This document shows, piece by piece, positions 19,901 through 29,097 of a stretch of 64,000 nt of DNA (position 1 is the stretch's first letter; every line of letters begins with the position of its first letter). Both the position numbers and the translations under genes were made by a program. This stretch comes from an uncultured Pseudomonadota bacterium (lineage in GTDB: Bacteria; Pseudomonadota; Alphaproteobacteria; RF32; CAG-239). The stretch spans positions 2,139 to 66,138 of the forward strand of contig CASFUZ010000005.1 of assembly GCA_949298065.1 (NCBI GenBank), read 5' to 3'. Below the pieces are notes generated by a model that made no database searches, was not told the DNA's origin, and was given only the letters and a program-made list of their open reading frames with translations.

Positions 19901-20528
19901 TTATGATATTGGCTTTGGCGGTTTGGATCACGCCATCGCATCTGGCAAGAACATCAATATCTTGGTAATGGATACGGGTGTTTACTCCAACACCGGCGGA
20001 CAACAGTCCAAAGCTACCCCGATGGGTGCTTCTGCTAAGTTCGCAACAGCAGGTAAATCTTTGCCGAAGAAAGACTTGGGTATGATTGCTATGTCTTATG
20101 GCAACGTTTATGTTGCTCAAGTTGCCTTTGGCGCTAACGATACACAGTTGATTAAGGCTTTGAACGAAGCTGAGGCTTATGATGGTCCTTCTATCGTTAT
20201 TGCTTACTCTCACTGTATCGCTCAAGGCTTCAACCTTGCTGATGGTTTGGAACACCAGAAGGCTGCTGTTGATACAGGTTCTTGGCCATTGTATCGTTAC
20301 AATCCGGAAAACATTGCTCAAGGCAAAGCTCCGTTGACTTTGGACTCCAAAGCTCCGAGCAAACCGCTTTCTGACTATATGTCAAACGAGACACGTTTCC
20401 AGATTGTTAACAAGATGAATCCTGAACGTTATGAAACCTTGCTCAACAAGGCTCAGGAAAACGTTAAGGAAAAACGTTCTCTATATGAACATATGGCTGA
20501 ATTTGCCATTAAGGAAGGCGCTGAATAA
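16962..20528 (+). CDS. nifJ: pyruvate:ferredoxin (flavodoxin) oxidoreductase
   Basis: IYPITPSSPM, EMQSEAGAAG, HFFDGFRTSHE, two CxxCxxC ferredoxin motifs, FEFSGACAGCGETPY, GGDGWAYDIG; strongly biased codons. Confidence 0.98.
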   Translation: MSDVKMKMMDGNEAAASVAHRMNEVCVIYPITPSSPMGEWADAWSAAKQKNIWGVVPEVQEMQSEAGAAGACHGSIQAGALTTTFTASQGLLLMIPNMYKIAGELSPFVMHVAARSLAYHALSIFGDHTDVMSCRQTGFAMLCSNSVQEAHDFAAIAQSSTLRSRVPFMHFFDGFRTSHEIKKIKVLSDDDLRAMLEGVNYQFNAEHALRPEAPVIRGTAQNPDVFFQGREACNPFYNKVEGIVQEEMDKFAKISGRKYNVVDYVGAADAEQVIVIMGSGAETVEETINYLNANGGKYGLVKVRLYRPFPTKSFLKALPKSVKVVNVLDRTKESGSIGEPLYLDVVATLTQAFANNEIASMPRIYGGRYGLSSKEFTPGMVKAVYDNGASAKAINGFSVGITDDVSKTSLPFDDSIDTEPKDVVRAVFFGLGADGTVGANKNSIKIIAEDAGKYGQGYFVYDSRKSGSMTTSHLRFSDNPIKAAYLINKADFVACHQFPFMSKVDILKIAKPSATFLLNAPYKAEEVWDHLPIEVQEEIINKKLNFYTINAVEVARETGMGQRINTVMQTCFFAISNILPKDEAIEQIKNAIKKTYSKKGDAIVQKNFQAVDASLAHLHKVEYPSSVTSKFHRQLPVPADAPEFIRKVTGEIIADRGNELPVSAFEKVVDGTWPTGTTQYEKRCIATEIPVWDPDTCIQCGKCSLVCPHGVIRMKVADEAELKNAPHGFKSAAYKGKEFAGKQFIWQMSPEDCTGCGICVSACPAKNKADPTKKAINMDHIENHLEEQKACWKFFDTLPYVKRTEVAKNLPKTTQMIQPLFEFSGACAGCGETPYIKLLTQLFGDRMVVANATGCSSIYSGNLPTTPYTKDEKGHGPAWANSLFEDNAEFGLGMRFSIDQQTKFARTLLEGLKDKVGELADKILNNPQSTDVEIDEQRNNIKALRDKLASINSEEAKSLSKLADYLIKKSVWILGGDGWAYDIGFGGLDHAIASGKNINILVMDTGVYSNTGGQQSKATPMGASAKFATAGKSLPKKDLGMIAMSYGNVYVAQVAFGANDTQLIKALNEAEAYDGPSIVIAYSHCIAQGFNLADGLEHQKAAVDTGSWPLYRYNPENIAQGKAPLTLDSKAPSKPLSDYMSNETRFQIVNKMNPERYETLLNKAQENVKEKRSLYEHMAEFAIKEGAE

Positions 20529-20550
20529 GCACTTCTGAGCAAAGAAAGTA

Positions 20551-20585
20551 AAAAAGCCCCTTAGCCGCAAGGTTAAGGGGTTTTT
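20551..20585 (+). terminator. nifJ intrinsic terminator
   Basis: aaaaagccccttagcc-gcaa-ggttaaggggttttt (GNRA loop). Confidence 0.85.
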
Positions 20586-20679
20586 AATTGGCTGTATTTT
20601 TTTCTGTACAAATATTTGACAGAATTTCCAAAATATGATATATTCATTACATAATCAACATTTTCTAAGGAGAAATACT

Positions 20680-20991
20680 ATGACCCCCGTTCAATATAAC
20701 AGACCTCTCCCCAATCCCAAACCGCGCAAATTATATTGCCAACTTTCAGATAACCAGAAAGAAGTTGTAAGCCTGATATCCGAACTTTATATCCAAAGAG
20801 CCAATGCCAGAGGAGAACAGATTGCGCAACATCAAAGATTTGATTTATACAATCATTTTGCCAATCTTTACACCGAAGACCAATTAGATAAAAAGCACAA
20901 AGAATTATATAAAAACCGCAATAATTTTACGGAACAACAACGAAATCTCATCAACGATAACCGTTATTATGACCCTTTTGAAAGAAACTAA
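20680..20991 (+). CDS. hypothetical protein
   Basis: AGGAG RBS before ATG 20680; TTGACA upstream. Confidence 0.55.
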   Translation: MTPVQYNRPLPNPKPRKLYCQLSDNQKEVVSLISELYIQRANARGEQIAQHQRFDLYNHFANLYTEDQLDKKHKELYKNRNNFTEQQRNLINDNRYYDPFERN

Positions 20992-21161
20992 CAATAAAGT
21001 CATAGGGCACAAAAGCAAGATATGCACATTGGAAGCAACGCGATATAATAATGGTTCTCAAAGCAGCCATTGATGCGGTCAAGCTGGCAACAGCTTAAAA
21101 AAAAACGCAGTGTTTTTTCACAAAAACAACTGCGTTCCAAGGTTAACAAACAGGTCGGAGC

Positions 21162-21368
21162 TTATACATTAACACCGTAATGAGCCAAAATCTGCTGCAT
21201 ACGATCATAATCTTTATGCTCCGCCTCGGACAAATGTTCGTCCGTAAGAAGTTTACACTTTAATGCATTAAACTCTTTCCGCAATTTTTCCAAATCTTCT
21301 GCGGAATAAGCAACATGTGAGCTGGCAACTCTCTGATACTTTTTGCCAGATTTAATAATCTTTCCCAT
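21162..21368 (-). CDS. small hypothetical protein
   Basis: 68 aa, MGKIIKSGKKYQRV...; hairpins at its 3' side. Confidence 0.45.
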   Translation of the reverse strand: MGKIIKSGKKYQRVASSHVAYSAEDLEKLRKEFNALKCKLLTDEHLSEAEHKDYDRMQQILAHYGVNV

Positions 21369-21556
21369 AACTGAAAAATTTTTAATTAATAAATCTATAA
21401 AACTAATCTCGGAAACTGCAATGTAGCACATTTTTTCAACTTGTAAACCTTTTTTGTCAAAAATTTCATTAAAACAAAAAAAATCTGTTGCATTTTAGAA
21501 AAAATAGCCCTAACTTGATTAGACAAAAAAGTATAAATCTTCAAATTATTATAACT

Positions 21557-22324
21557 ATGAATCACAAGTACTTACGACCGACAGATGACTTTTGTATGCT
21601 TAAGTCTCTGTCTGAAGCAAAACAAATGTTTGAAGCTGACGGTTTTTACGGCAAAGTAGCCTTAGGGCTAACCCGTCTTACAAGAACCGAACCTCTACCC
21701 AAAATGGTTTTAGGTAAGCGTCCTCCGGAACAGATTAACATCATCCAGTGGATTTGTTATGCCGGAACCAAAGGTATGGTTGGTATTCCTGCATTTTACC
21801 ACAAAGAAAATTATGCTGATTATGGAAACATTCAACTCCTTACGGAAATTCCGATTAGCACAACTTTTGTTGCGGATGAGGAAATATTCTGCTTTGAAAG
21901 AGAAAAAAACACAGACAACTCTTTCAACCCGACAATCTTTTCTTTGGCCTTTATTGACAATGAAGAAATGGCCATGTTCATAGCAAGGATTTGGGGAGAA
22001 AAGCCGGTTAGCGCCACCTTAAACAAACTAACAATCGTCAACAACGGCATTCTAAATACAGAATTTCCGTTGTGCGAAAATTATGTGGCTCCGATTTGGA
22101 AGGTTAAATGTGAAAACGGCGGTTTTCGTATGCTGGCAGCCTTCACGGATGATTATGCCATATTCTCAGAATATGACACAAAAACATTCAACTGGCAGCC
22201 TCTTTCGCCGGGAAAAAGCTTCATGAGAGATAACAAGCTCTACACTATTTCCGATTCGCCAACCTATGGCTATTGCTTCAAGGAAACAATGTCTGTATCC
22301 TTTAACAAAAAACCGTCTCCTTAA
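21557..22324 (+). CDS. hypothetical protein
   Basis: 255 aa ORF ending at a bidirectional terminator. Confidence 0.6.
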   Translation: MNHKYLRPTDDFCMLKSLSEAKQMFEADGFYGKVALGLTRLTRTEPLPKMVLGKRPPEQINIIQWICYAGTKGMVGIPAFYHKENYADYGNIQLLTEIPISTTFVADEEIFCFEREKNTDNSFNPTIFSLAFIDNEEMAMFIARIWGEKPVSATLNKLTIVNNGILNTEFPLCENYVAPIWKVKCENGGFRMLAAFTDDYAIFSEYDTKTFNWQPLSPGKSFMRDNKLYTISDSPTYGYCFKETMSVSFNKKPSP

Positions 22325-22341
22325 CCGGACACGGTTTTTTT
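22307..22341. terminator. bidirectional terminator between convergent genes
   Basis: aaaaaaccgtctcc-ttaacc-ggacacggttttttt. Confidence 0.65.
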
Positions 22342-22347
22342 GTTGGC

Positions 22348-23469
22348 TTATTTCAAATTATTTGGATTCAGACATTCAAGCTCCGGTAAAACAAAAAGCC
22401 CATCCTTGCGGATTAACACGTCATCAAACCAGATTTCGCCTCCGCCATGCGCCGCATCTTGCATCTGGATTAAATCCCAGTGGTTAGCGGAACGATTGCC
22501 GTTAAAAGCAAAATCATAGGCATTGCCGATAGCCATATGGAAAGACCCGCCGATTTTTTCATCAAACAGAATATCTAAGATTGGGTGCGTAATATGCGGA
22601 TTAACGCCAAGCGCAAATTCGCCCATATAGCGAGAACCTTCATCCGTTTCCAAAATATCTTGCAATACATCTTCATTAAGCTGAGATGATGCTCTCACTA
22701 TTTGACCATTTTTAAACTCCAGCCATATACGAGAAAATACCGTTCCCCGATAAGCACTATCCGTATTAAACTGCACATAGCCATTAATTGAATCTTTGAC
22801 CGGAGCCGTATAGACTTCACCATCGGGAATATTCCTTTTTCCCTCGCTCTTAACCACGGGAATTCCTTTAATTGAAAATTCCAAATGCGTATCCGGCGCG
22901 ATGATTTTGACCTTATCTGTTTTCTCCATCAACTTCTGTAAAGCAGTCATCGCCTCACCCATTTTATGATAATCCAACAGACAAGCATTAAAGTAAAAAT
23001 CTTCAAAATCTTTAAGCGACATTTTGGACATTGCCGCCATCGTCACATTCGGAAAGCGCATCACGCACCAACGCTTATTAAGGCGAACCTGCGTATGCAC
23101 CTTCTCGCCAAAACACTTAGACCACAGCGTATTTTTTTCCATCGGCAATTCAGATAAAGCAAAAATATCATCAAAACCTCTGACTGCCACATAAGCATCA
23201 ACACTTTCCATAATCTTGCGATGTATACCGGCATAAGCTTCTATCTGCTCCGCTGTTGCATCACGTAAAAAATCTTTAATAAAAGCATTATCATTGCAAA
23301 AATAAAACGGCACGCCCCCTGCGCGTATAACCGCAGCAATTAGCTCTTCAAACAACGGCAAAGCCGATTGCCCGAAGCACTCCACATAAACCTTATCGCC
23401 TTTTTTAACCTCTATGGAATAATTGACGACATTTTGTGCCAATTTTACAATTCGCTCATCTCTTTTCAT
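22348..23469 (-). CDS. M29 (AmpS/AmpT) aminopeptidase
   Basis: NIPDGEVYTAP, GEFALGVN, ILFDEKIGGSFHMAIGNAY, NRSANHWDLI. Confidence 0.93.
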   Translation of the reverse strand: MKRDERIVKLAQNVVNYSIEVKKGDKVYVECFGQSALPLFEELIAAVIRAGGVPFYFCNDNAFIKDFLRDATAEQIEAYAGIHRKIMESVDAYVAVRGFDDIFALSELPMEKNTLWSKCFGEKVHTQVRLNKRWCVMRFPNVTMAAMSKMSLKDFEDFYFNACLLDYHKMGEAMTALQKLMEKTDKVKIIAPDTHLEFSIKGIPVVKSEGKRNIPDGEVYTAPVKDSINGYVQFNTDSAYRGTVFSRIWLEFKNGQIVRASSQLNEDVLQDILETDEGSRYMGEFALGVNPHITHPILDILFDEKIGGSFHMAIGNAYDFAFNGNRSANHWDLIQMQDAAHGGGEIWFDDVLIRKDGLFVLPELECLNPNNLK

Positions 23470-23470
23470 C

Positions 23471-24955
23471 TTATTTTTTCTCCGAATTTTTAAGATATTC
23501 CACCAATAACCTGATACCGAAACCGGTTGCGCCTTTCGGACACAAATCCGTTCCCTCTTTGGCTATCTCCAAATCTGCCATATCTATATGTGCCCAGCTG
23601 ATACCTTTTTGAATATAGCGCTGCAAAAAAGCCGCCGCTTGTGAACCATCTCCGACATTTTTGCCCACATTTTTCATATCTGCCTTATCAGAATCAATCC
23701 ACTTATCAAAGGCATCATTCATCGGCAAGCGCCACAAAAGTTCATCAGTCGCTTTTCCTGCCTCAATCAAATCAGCAATCAATTTATCATCATTTCCGAA
23801 CACACCGGCATATAATCCCCCCAAAGCATAAGCCACCGTTCCGGTCAAAGTTGCAATATCAATAACTTTTTTAGGCTTAAATTTTTCTTGCCCGAACCAC
23901 AGCAAATCTGCCAAGAGCATCCGCCCTTCTCCATCCGTATTAATAACCTCCACGGTTTGTCCGGACATAGAATGAATAACATCATTAGGCCGCATGGCGC
24001 TGCCGGAAGGCATATTTTCAACCAAACCGACCACCGCGGCCACATTAATTTTTCTTTTTTGCAAAGCAATCGCCTTCATTGTTGCCACGACAGCGGCAGC
24101 TCCTGCCATATCGGCAAACATATTCACCAAATCTTTGGTGGTTTTTAAGTTAATTCCGCCGGCATCATAGGTAACGCCTTTACCCACCAAAAGCGTATCA
24201 ATATCTTTGTTTTTCTTATCTCCGCGCCAAACCATAACGGCGGCACGCGGTTTGTTCACAGACCCTTTGGCGACATCTAAAAGCAAATTAAAATTCTGCT
24301 TTTTCAACGCCTTTTCATCCAAAATTTCAACATCAAGCTTCAAATATTTCAAGCGTTCAATATCAGCGGCAAAAACCTCCGGTGTCAGATAATTTGCCGG
24401 CTCATTAACCAAATCTCGCCCATAACGCACGGCATTTGCCAAAGAGGCAAAATCCGTAAAGCCTTCGGTTGTTTTGTCGTCAAACTTTTCGCCCTCAAAA
24501 CAAACTGTTTCCAAAGCCGGATAATCTTCCGCTTTCTTTTGTGTAAAATACTTATCAAAATAATAATTTCCGAGCTCCAAGCCTAACGCCAATTGATAAG
24601 CTGTTGCCTTATAATCCAAATCACAACCTTTAATTCCATCACACCAAATTTTTGCCACCCGGCTCTTGCTCAAGAGTTGCGCCAATTTTCCACCGCAGAG
24701 CAAAAAATCAAGTCTTTGCGGCTTTTCGCCCAAACCAATAACAATCAATTTTGCTTTTTTTGCATAAGTTTCAACACTTTTTCCTCGTTCTCCGGCAAAT
24801 TTTGCATTTTTTAAAACAGCATGCAACAAAGCCGCCTCTTCTTTGTCCAAAAATTCATTATATGCCGAGTCGCGAAACACCTGATTTTCAGATAACAAAA
24901 TCACTTTTGCATCACATTTTTGAGGACATTTTCCATTGAAAATCATCTCAAGCAT
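23471..24955 (-). CDS. pepA: M17 leucyl aminopeptidase
   Basis: VGKGVTYDAGGINLK, DMAGAA, ENMPSG, NTDGEGRM, IDIATLTG. Confidence 0.9.
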   Translation of the reverse strand: MLEMIFNGKCPQKCDAKVILLSENQVFRDSAYNEFLDKEEAALLHAVLKNAKFAGERGKSVETYAKKAKLIVIGLGEKPQRLDFLLCGGKLAQLLSKSRVAKIWCDGIKGCDLDYKATAYQLALGLELGNYYFDKYFTQKKAEDYPALETVCFEGEKFDDKTTEGFTDFASLANAVRYGRDLVNEPANYLTPEVFAADIERLKYLKLDVEILDEKALKKQNFNLLLDVAKGSVNKPRAAVMVWRGDKKNKDIDTLLVGKGVTYDAGGINLKTTKDLVNMFADMAGAAAVVATMKAIALQKRKINVAAVVGLVENMPSGSAMRPNDVIHSMSGQTVEVINTDGEGRMLLADLLWFGQEKFKPKKVIDIATLTGTVAYALGGLYAGVFGNDDKLIADLIEAGKATDELLWRLPMNDAFDKWIDSDKADMKNVGKNVGDGSQAAAFLQRYIQKGISWAHIDMADLEIAKEGTDLCPKGATGFGIRLLVEYLKNSEKK

Positions 24956-25098
24956 TATTCTTCCCCCTAAAATAGTAACATTTTTAAAGATTATACACAA
25001 AAAACAATAACAAAAGCCTAATTTAAACTAGTCAAAAGCAAAAAAATATTGTACAATTTGGACAAAATTACAATTTTATCCAGAAAAAGAGACAAAAA

Positions 25099-26970
25099 TT
25101 GGCCAAGAAGCGCATAGAAAAATTAGAAGGTGCTTTTCCCGACTTCTTAGATGAAGAACAAACCTCTCTTGACCAAATTTTTGACATCATCTCCCTCTCT
25201 TTCCAACCCCAAGCCCCTGACGCCCCCGTACTTTCCAAAGATGCGCTTGAAGCTGCTGATAGTCTTTACGACAACAAAATTTCAAAAATCTGCGACGACA
25301 TTCTCTCTCTTGAGCAAAATGCAGCCACTCTAATTCAAGCTGATATTGAAAACCTTTACAAAGGAAGCTTCGTTAGAGATTATGCCAAACGCTTCCAAAT
25401 CAGCGAAAAAGAAGCAAAAGAACAGTTACGTCAAGATTTAGCAGAGAAGCTTAATGCCTTGGGTATGAATTGCATAGACAAGCGACACTACGCATTGCCC
25501 CGCGAGATTAAACATATTATTCGTATGGATTTTTACGGCACCATTGATAAGATTGATGAAAAAAATGATGGTAAGTCAGCTAAAGAACTATCCCACATCT
25601 ACCTCAACCGCAATCCACAAAAGACCGAAGATATCAGACTTCAAGACTATGACTTGACAGCATCACCGATTTGGATGATATATCGGCAGTTCAGAAGTTT
25701 TCGTCTTCTGGAAAGAAATCTGCCCAAACTTCTCAAAGATGCAGGCATCACTCCAGAGGAATTTATACATCTTAATGCCTATGACATTTCTCAGGTTTTA
25801 TACAATCACTACATTAACAAAAGCAAGCCCGATGCTGATAAATCAGAGCGGGCAAATTTGTTTTTAGGAGCCAAATATCGTTTTGTTAAAACCTTCATTC
25901 GCCACAACAAGAAAGCTTTCAAACATATTATGAACTTACGAGGCGTAGACCCACGTTATACGGACACCCTCATTAAGAATATGGAACAATACGGCATAAC
26001 CTCTGGCTTTGATGTCGTTGAAAAAGAATACACTGCAGAAACACTGGAAATCTTAAAGAAACACAAACTCGTGCCGGAAGATACTGAAGTTGGCTCTCCG
26101 ATAAAAGACAAAGAAATTTCAAAAATAAAAAAAGCTGGACTAATTAATCTAATTTTAGCAAGAGATGAGAATGGGAATCCCGTAACCGGACCGGATATTA
26201 CCATTCATCACAAAATTGCCGTTCAAGATAGTGGCGAAAGAACCAACTTTGCCGAAGTTAACCAGTTTCAAAATCTTTGTATTATCATTGAACCCTACCA
26301 CTTTTTTGCACACTCACTAGATCGTACAAAGAATATAAACGGAGCCGAATGCTACGTTTCAAGAATTGAGATTGGAAAAAGAGTTGCCTTTTATGGCGGT
26401 TTCAATAAAATTTTCCAACTGGAACATGACTTTGGAATGCCGCATTATAACGAATATGACCACGAAGTCTTAAAACAAATCGGCCTCCAACAAAACGCTG
26501 ATAGTGAAATAACGTCCTATTGGGACGAGCAAAAAAAGCTCTCCCGCCGCAAAAAATTTTCGCGAAAAAAGAAAAAAATCCACTCAAAAGAAAAAACAGA
26601 AAAAGAAAAGACCCCACATAAACAAAAGAAAAAAGAAAACTTTTCGCAGCCCGACAAAATGGAGCAAAAAAACAATATATCTCAAGCAAAGAAAATTCCT
26701 CTGAAAGATACTGCACAATCTTCAAAAGCAGAAAAACAAGAAAACAGCTCATCAAAACCGCATATTTTATCCAAACGCATAGAACAACTTACGCGCAAAA
26801 GAGATGAATACAACAAAATTCGTGCCGAGCTCATAGAAAAGCGCAAACAATATCTAAGCTTGCGTGCCGCCAAAAAATCTGCCATAAAAACTATTAGTCA
26901 ATTTGAAGATGACGAAAAATTTGAGAAATTTATTCAATATGCCATAAGGATGCAAAATAAACAAAAATGA
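25099..26970 (+). CDS. large protein with an HNH nuclease-like motif (putative toxin/effector)
   Basis: ITIHHKIAVQDSG...VNQFQNLCIIIEPYHFFAH (HH..N..Hx3H); Lys-rich C-terminal region; ATGA-coupled to the next gene. Confidence 0.6.
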   Translation: MAKKRIEKLEGAFPDFLDEEQTSLDQIFDIISLSFQPQAPDAPVLSKDALEAADSLYDNKISKICDDILSLEQNAATLIQADIENLYKGSFVRDYAKRFQISEKEAKEQLRQDLAEKLNALGMNCIDKRHYALPREIKHIIRMDFYGTIDKIDEKNDGKSAKELSHIYLNRNPQKTEDIRLQDYDLTASPIWMIYRQFRSFRLLERNLPKLLKDAGITPEEFIHLNAYDISQVLYNHYINKSKPDADKSERANLFLGAKYRFVKTFIRHNKKAFKHIMNLRGVDPRYTDTLIKNMEQYGITSGFDVVEKEYTAETLEILKKHKLVPEDTEVGSPIKDKEISKIKKAGLINLILARDENGNPVTGPDITIHHKIAVQDSGERTNFAEVNQFQNLCIIIEPYHFFAHSLDRTKNINGAECYVSRIEIGKRVAFYGGFNKIFQLEHDFGMPHYNEYDHEVLKQIGLQQNADSEITSYWDEQKKLSRRKKFSRKKKKIHSKEKTEKEKTPHKQKKKENFSQPDKMEQKNNISQAKKIPLKDTAQSSKAEKQENSSSKPHILSKRIEQLTRKRDEYNKIRAELIEKRKQYLSLRAAKKSAIKTISQFEDDEKFEKFIQYAIRMQNKQK

Positions 26971-27377
26971 ATGAACTAATCAAACATATCAAACAAACAG
27001 CTTCCGCACGCTTAGCTGCACCGGTAAACACACAAAAAATTATTCTTTGCCAAAAAGAACTCACCCAAAACGGCAATGCCATGCTCCCTGATGCCTTTTT
27101 GGTGATTTTACACAGTTTTAATGCTGTTTCTTATGACGGAGCCAGAATTTTCGGCATAAATCCTGAAAGCAAAAATTTTATGGATATTGTTTTAGCCAAC
27201 CAAATGAGCCCCCTTGCCGGAAAGCAAAATATAGTTATTTTAGGTTGCGATGAATTTGATTATCTCGCCTACAATACAGAAACACAAACTTATCAAATCA
27301 TTGACAAAGAAGACCTTGAAGTGTTAGAAGAATATTCAGAGATTGAACCGGCCGTAAAGCACATTTTAAAGATTTAA
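26967..27377 (+). CDS. SMI1/KNR4 (SUKH, YrhA-like) immunity protein
   Basis: LPDAFLVILHSFNAVSYDGARIFG...ILGCDEFDYLAYNTETQTYQIIDK. Confidence 0.65.
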   Translation: MNELIKHIKQTASARLAAPVNTQKIILCQKELTQNGNAMLPDAFLVILHSFNAVSYDGARIFGINPESKNFMDIVLANQMSPLAGKQNIVILGCDEFDYLAYNTETQTYQIIDKEDLEVLEEYSEIEPAVKHILKI

Positions 27378-27380
27378 GCA

Positions 27381-28328
27381 ATGAAGAATATCTACGAACC
27401 TAATGAACAAAATATGAAGCTTGCCGCCCAAACCATTAAAGATGGCGGTTTAGTCGCTATGCCAACCGAAACCGTTTACGGCTTAGGTGCGAATGTCTAT
27501 ATTGCTTCAGCCGTTGCCAAAATTTTTGAGGCCAAACAACGCCCTTTTTTTGACCCGCTGATTTCACATATTGCCGAAATTGATTTCTTAAAAACCTACG
27601 CCCAAACAGATGAAAGAATTATATCTCTGGCAAAGAAGTTTTGGCCGGGACCTTTAACTATGGTTCTAAAACGCATAGACAATAATTCCGCCATAGATTT
27701 AGCTTGTTCTGGTTTGCGCAACATTGCCGTGCGTATGCCGGCACATCCTGTTGCTCTAAACTTAATCAAAAAAAGTGGCGTACCTATTGTTGCTCCTTCA
27801 GCCAACAAGTTCAAATCCATCAGTCCGACAATGGCTCAACACGTTTTTGACAGTTTAGGCAGTAAGGTTGATATGATTTTAGACGGTGGTGCATGCCGCG
27901 TGGGCGTTGAATCCACCATTATTGACGTTACCGGAAAGAACATTGTCATTTTGCGCGCCGGCGGAACTTCTAAAGAAGATTTGGAAAAATTCTTAAACGA
28001 AAAGGTCTTGCTCTCAGACGGCGCCCCCAACAAACCAAGCGCCCCCGGACAATTGCTCAAGCATTACGCCCCTGAACATCCTTTACGCATTAACGCCGCC
28101 ACCCGCCAACCCGGAGAATTTTTCATCGGCTTTGGCAATATTGCAGACTGCGACTTAAACTTAAGCCCAAGCGGAGATTTATGTGAGGCGGCAGCAAATC
28201 TTTTTGCTTTTTTAAGAGAAGCGGACAAAGTCAAAGGTTATAAAGGTTTGGCTATGTCTCCCATACCGGAAACGGGTTTAGGCTTGGCTATCAACGACCG
28301 CATTCGCCGCGCCTCATATAAGGCTTAA
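27381..28328 (+). CDS. tsaC: L-threonylcarbamoyladenylate synthase (Sua5 type)
   Basis: MPTETVYGLGA, KQRPFFDPLISH, FWPGPLT, AVRMP, APSAN, GVEST, APGQLLKHYAP. Confidence 0.95.
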   Translation: MKNIYEPNEQNMKLAAQTIKDGGLVAMPTETVYGLGANVYIASAVAKIFEAKQRPFFDPLISHIAEIDFLKTYAQTDERIISLAKKFWPGPLTMVLKRIDNNSAIDLACSGLRNIAVRMPAHPVALNLIKKSGVPIVAPSANKFKSISPTMAQHVFDSLGSKVDMILDGGACRVGVESTIIDVTGKNIVILRAGGTSKEDLEKFLNEKVLLSDGAPNKPSAPGQLLKHYAPEHPLRINAATRQPGEFFIGFGNIADCDLNLSPSGDLCEAAANLFAFLREADKVKGYKGLAMSPIPETGLGLAINDRIRRASYKA

Positions 28329-28344
28329 TTTACTGGAATAGAAT

Positions 28345-29097
28345 ATGCTCAATTTCTCCGAAGATTATCTGCTGGACAAACAAGTTAAAATATTTCAACC
28401 GCTAAACGGCTATCGCGCCTCTACGGACGCTGTTATTTTATCTTCGCTTATTGCAGAGCTCAAAAAAGATGCTTCTGTTTTAGATGTCGGCTCCGGAACA
28501 GGAGCAATTTCCTTATGCTTGGCTGAAAGATTTAAGAATATCCGCCCGCAAATTACTGGACTTGAACTTCAACCTGAACTGGTAGGTTTCTCAAATCAAA
28601 GTGCCCAAGCAAACGGATTCGCAGATTTTCTCTCTTTCCTTCAAGCAGATATATCTGATAAAAAAACTTGTCCAAAACCCTGCTCTTTTTCTCATGTCAT
28701 CACCAACCCGCCTTATTCGGAACATGATATGCCCTCTCCCAACGCCAGCAAAGCCTTTGCGCACAATGGCAAAAGTTTCAAGCTTTCGGAATGGATAGCC
28801 TTTTGTATCAAGATGCTCCGCCCGCAAGGTTATTTTTATATGATAAACAGAGCTGAAGCCCTACCCGAAATTTTGGCTTGTCTGTATGGCAAATTAGGCG
28901 AAATAAACATATTTCCGCTTTATTCCAAACCCAAGCAAAAAGCCAAAAGAGTAATCATCTGTGCAAGAAAAGACTCAAAAGCTCCGGCCATCATCCATCA
29001 GGGTCTAATCATTCATAACGCTGATGGCACATACAACCAAACAGCACACAAAATTCTCCGGTCCGGACAGTCTTTAAAAGAAGCTTTGCAAAATTAA
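28345..29097 (+). CDS. tRNA1(Val) A37 N6-methyltransferase-like (YfiC/TrmN6 family)
   Basis: QPLNGYRASTDAVIL, LDVGSGTG, ITNPPY. Confidence 0.8.
   Translation: MLNFSEDYLLDKQVKIFQPLNGYRASTDAVILSSLIAELKKDASVLDVGSGTGAISLCLAERFKNIRPQITGLELQPELVGFSNQSAQANGFADFLSFLQADISDKKTCPKPCSFSHVITNPPYSEHDMPSPNASKAFAHNGKSFKLSEWIAFCIKMLRPQGYFYMINRAEALPEILACLYGKLGEINIFPLYSKPKQKAKRVIICARKDSKAPAIIHQGLIIHNADGTYNQTAHKILRSGQSLKEALQN

Noticed and set aside
17064-20321. Many antisense ORFs within nifJ (likewise within spoT, pgm and the RND gene)
   Set aside because: These are shadow ORFs caused by codon bias, with no motifs or RBS.
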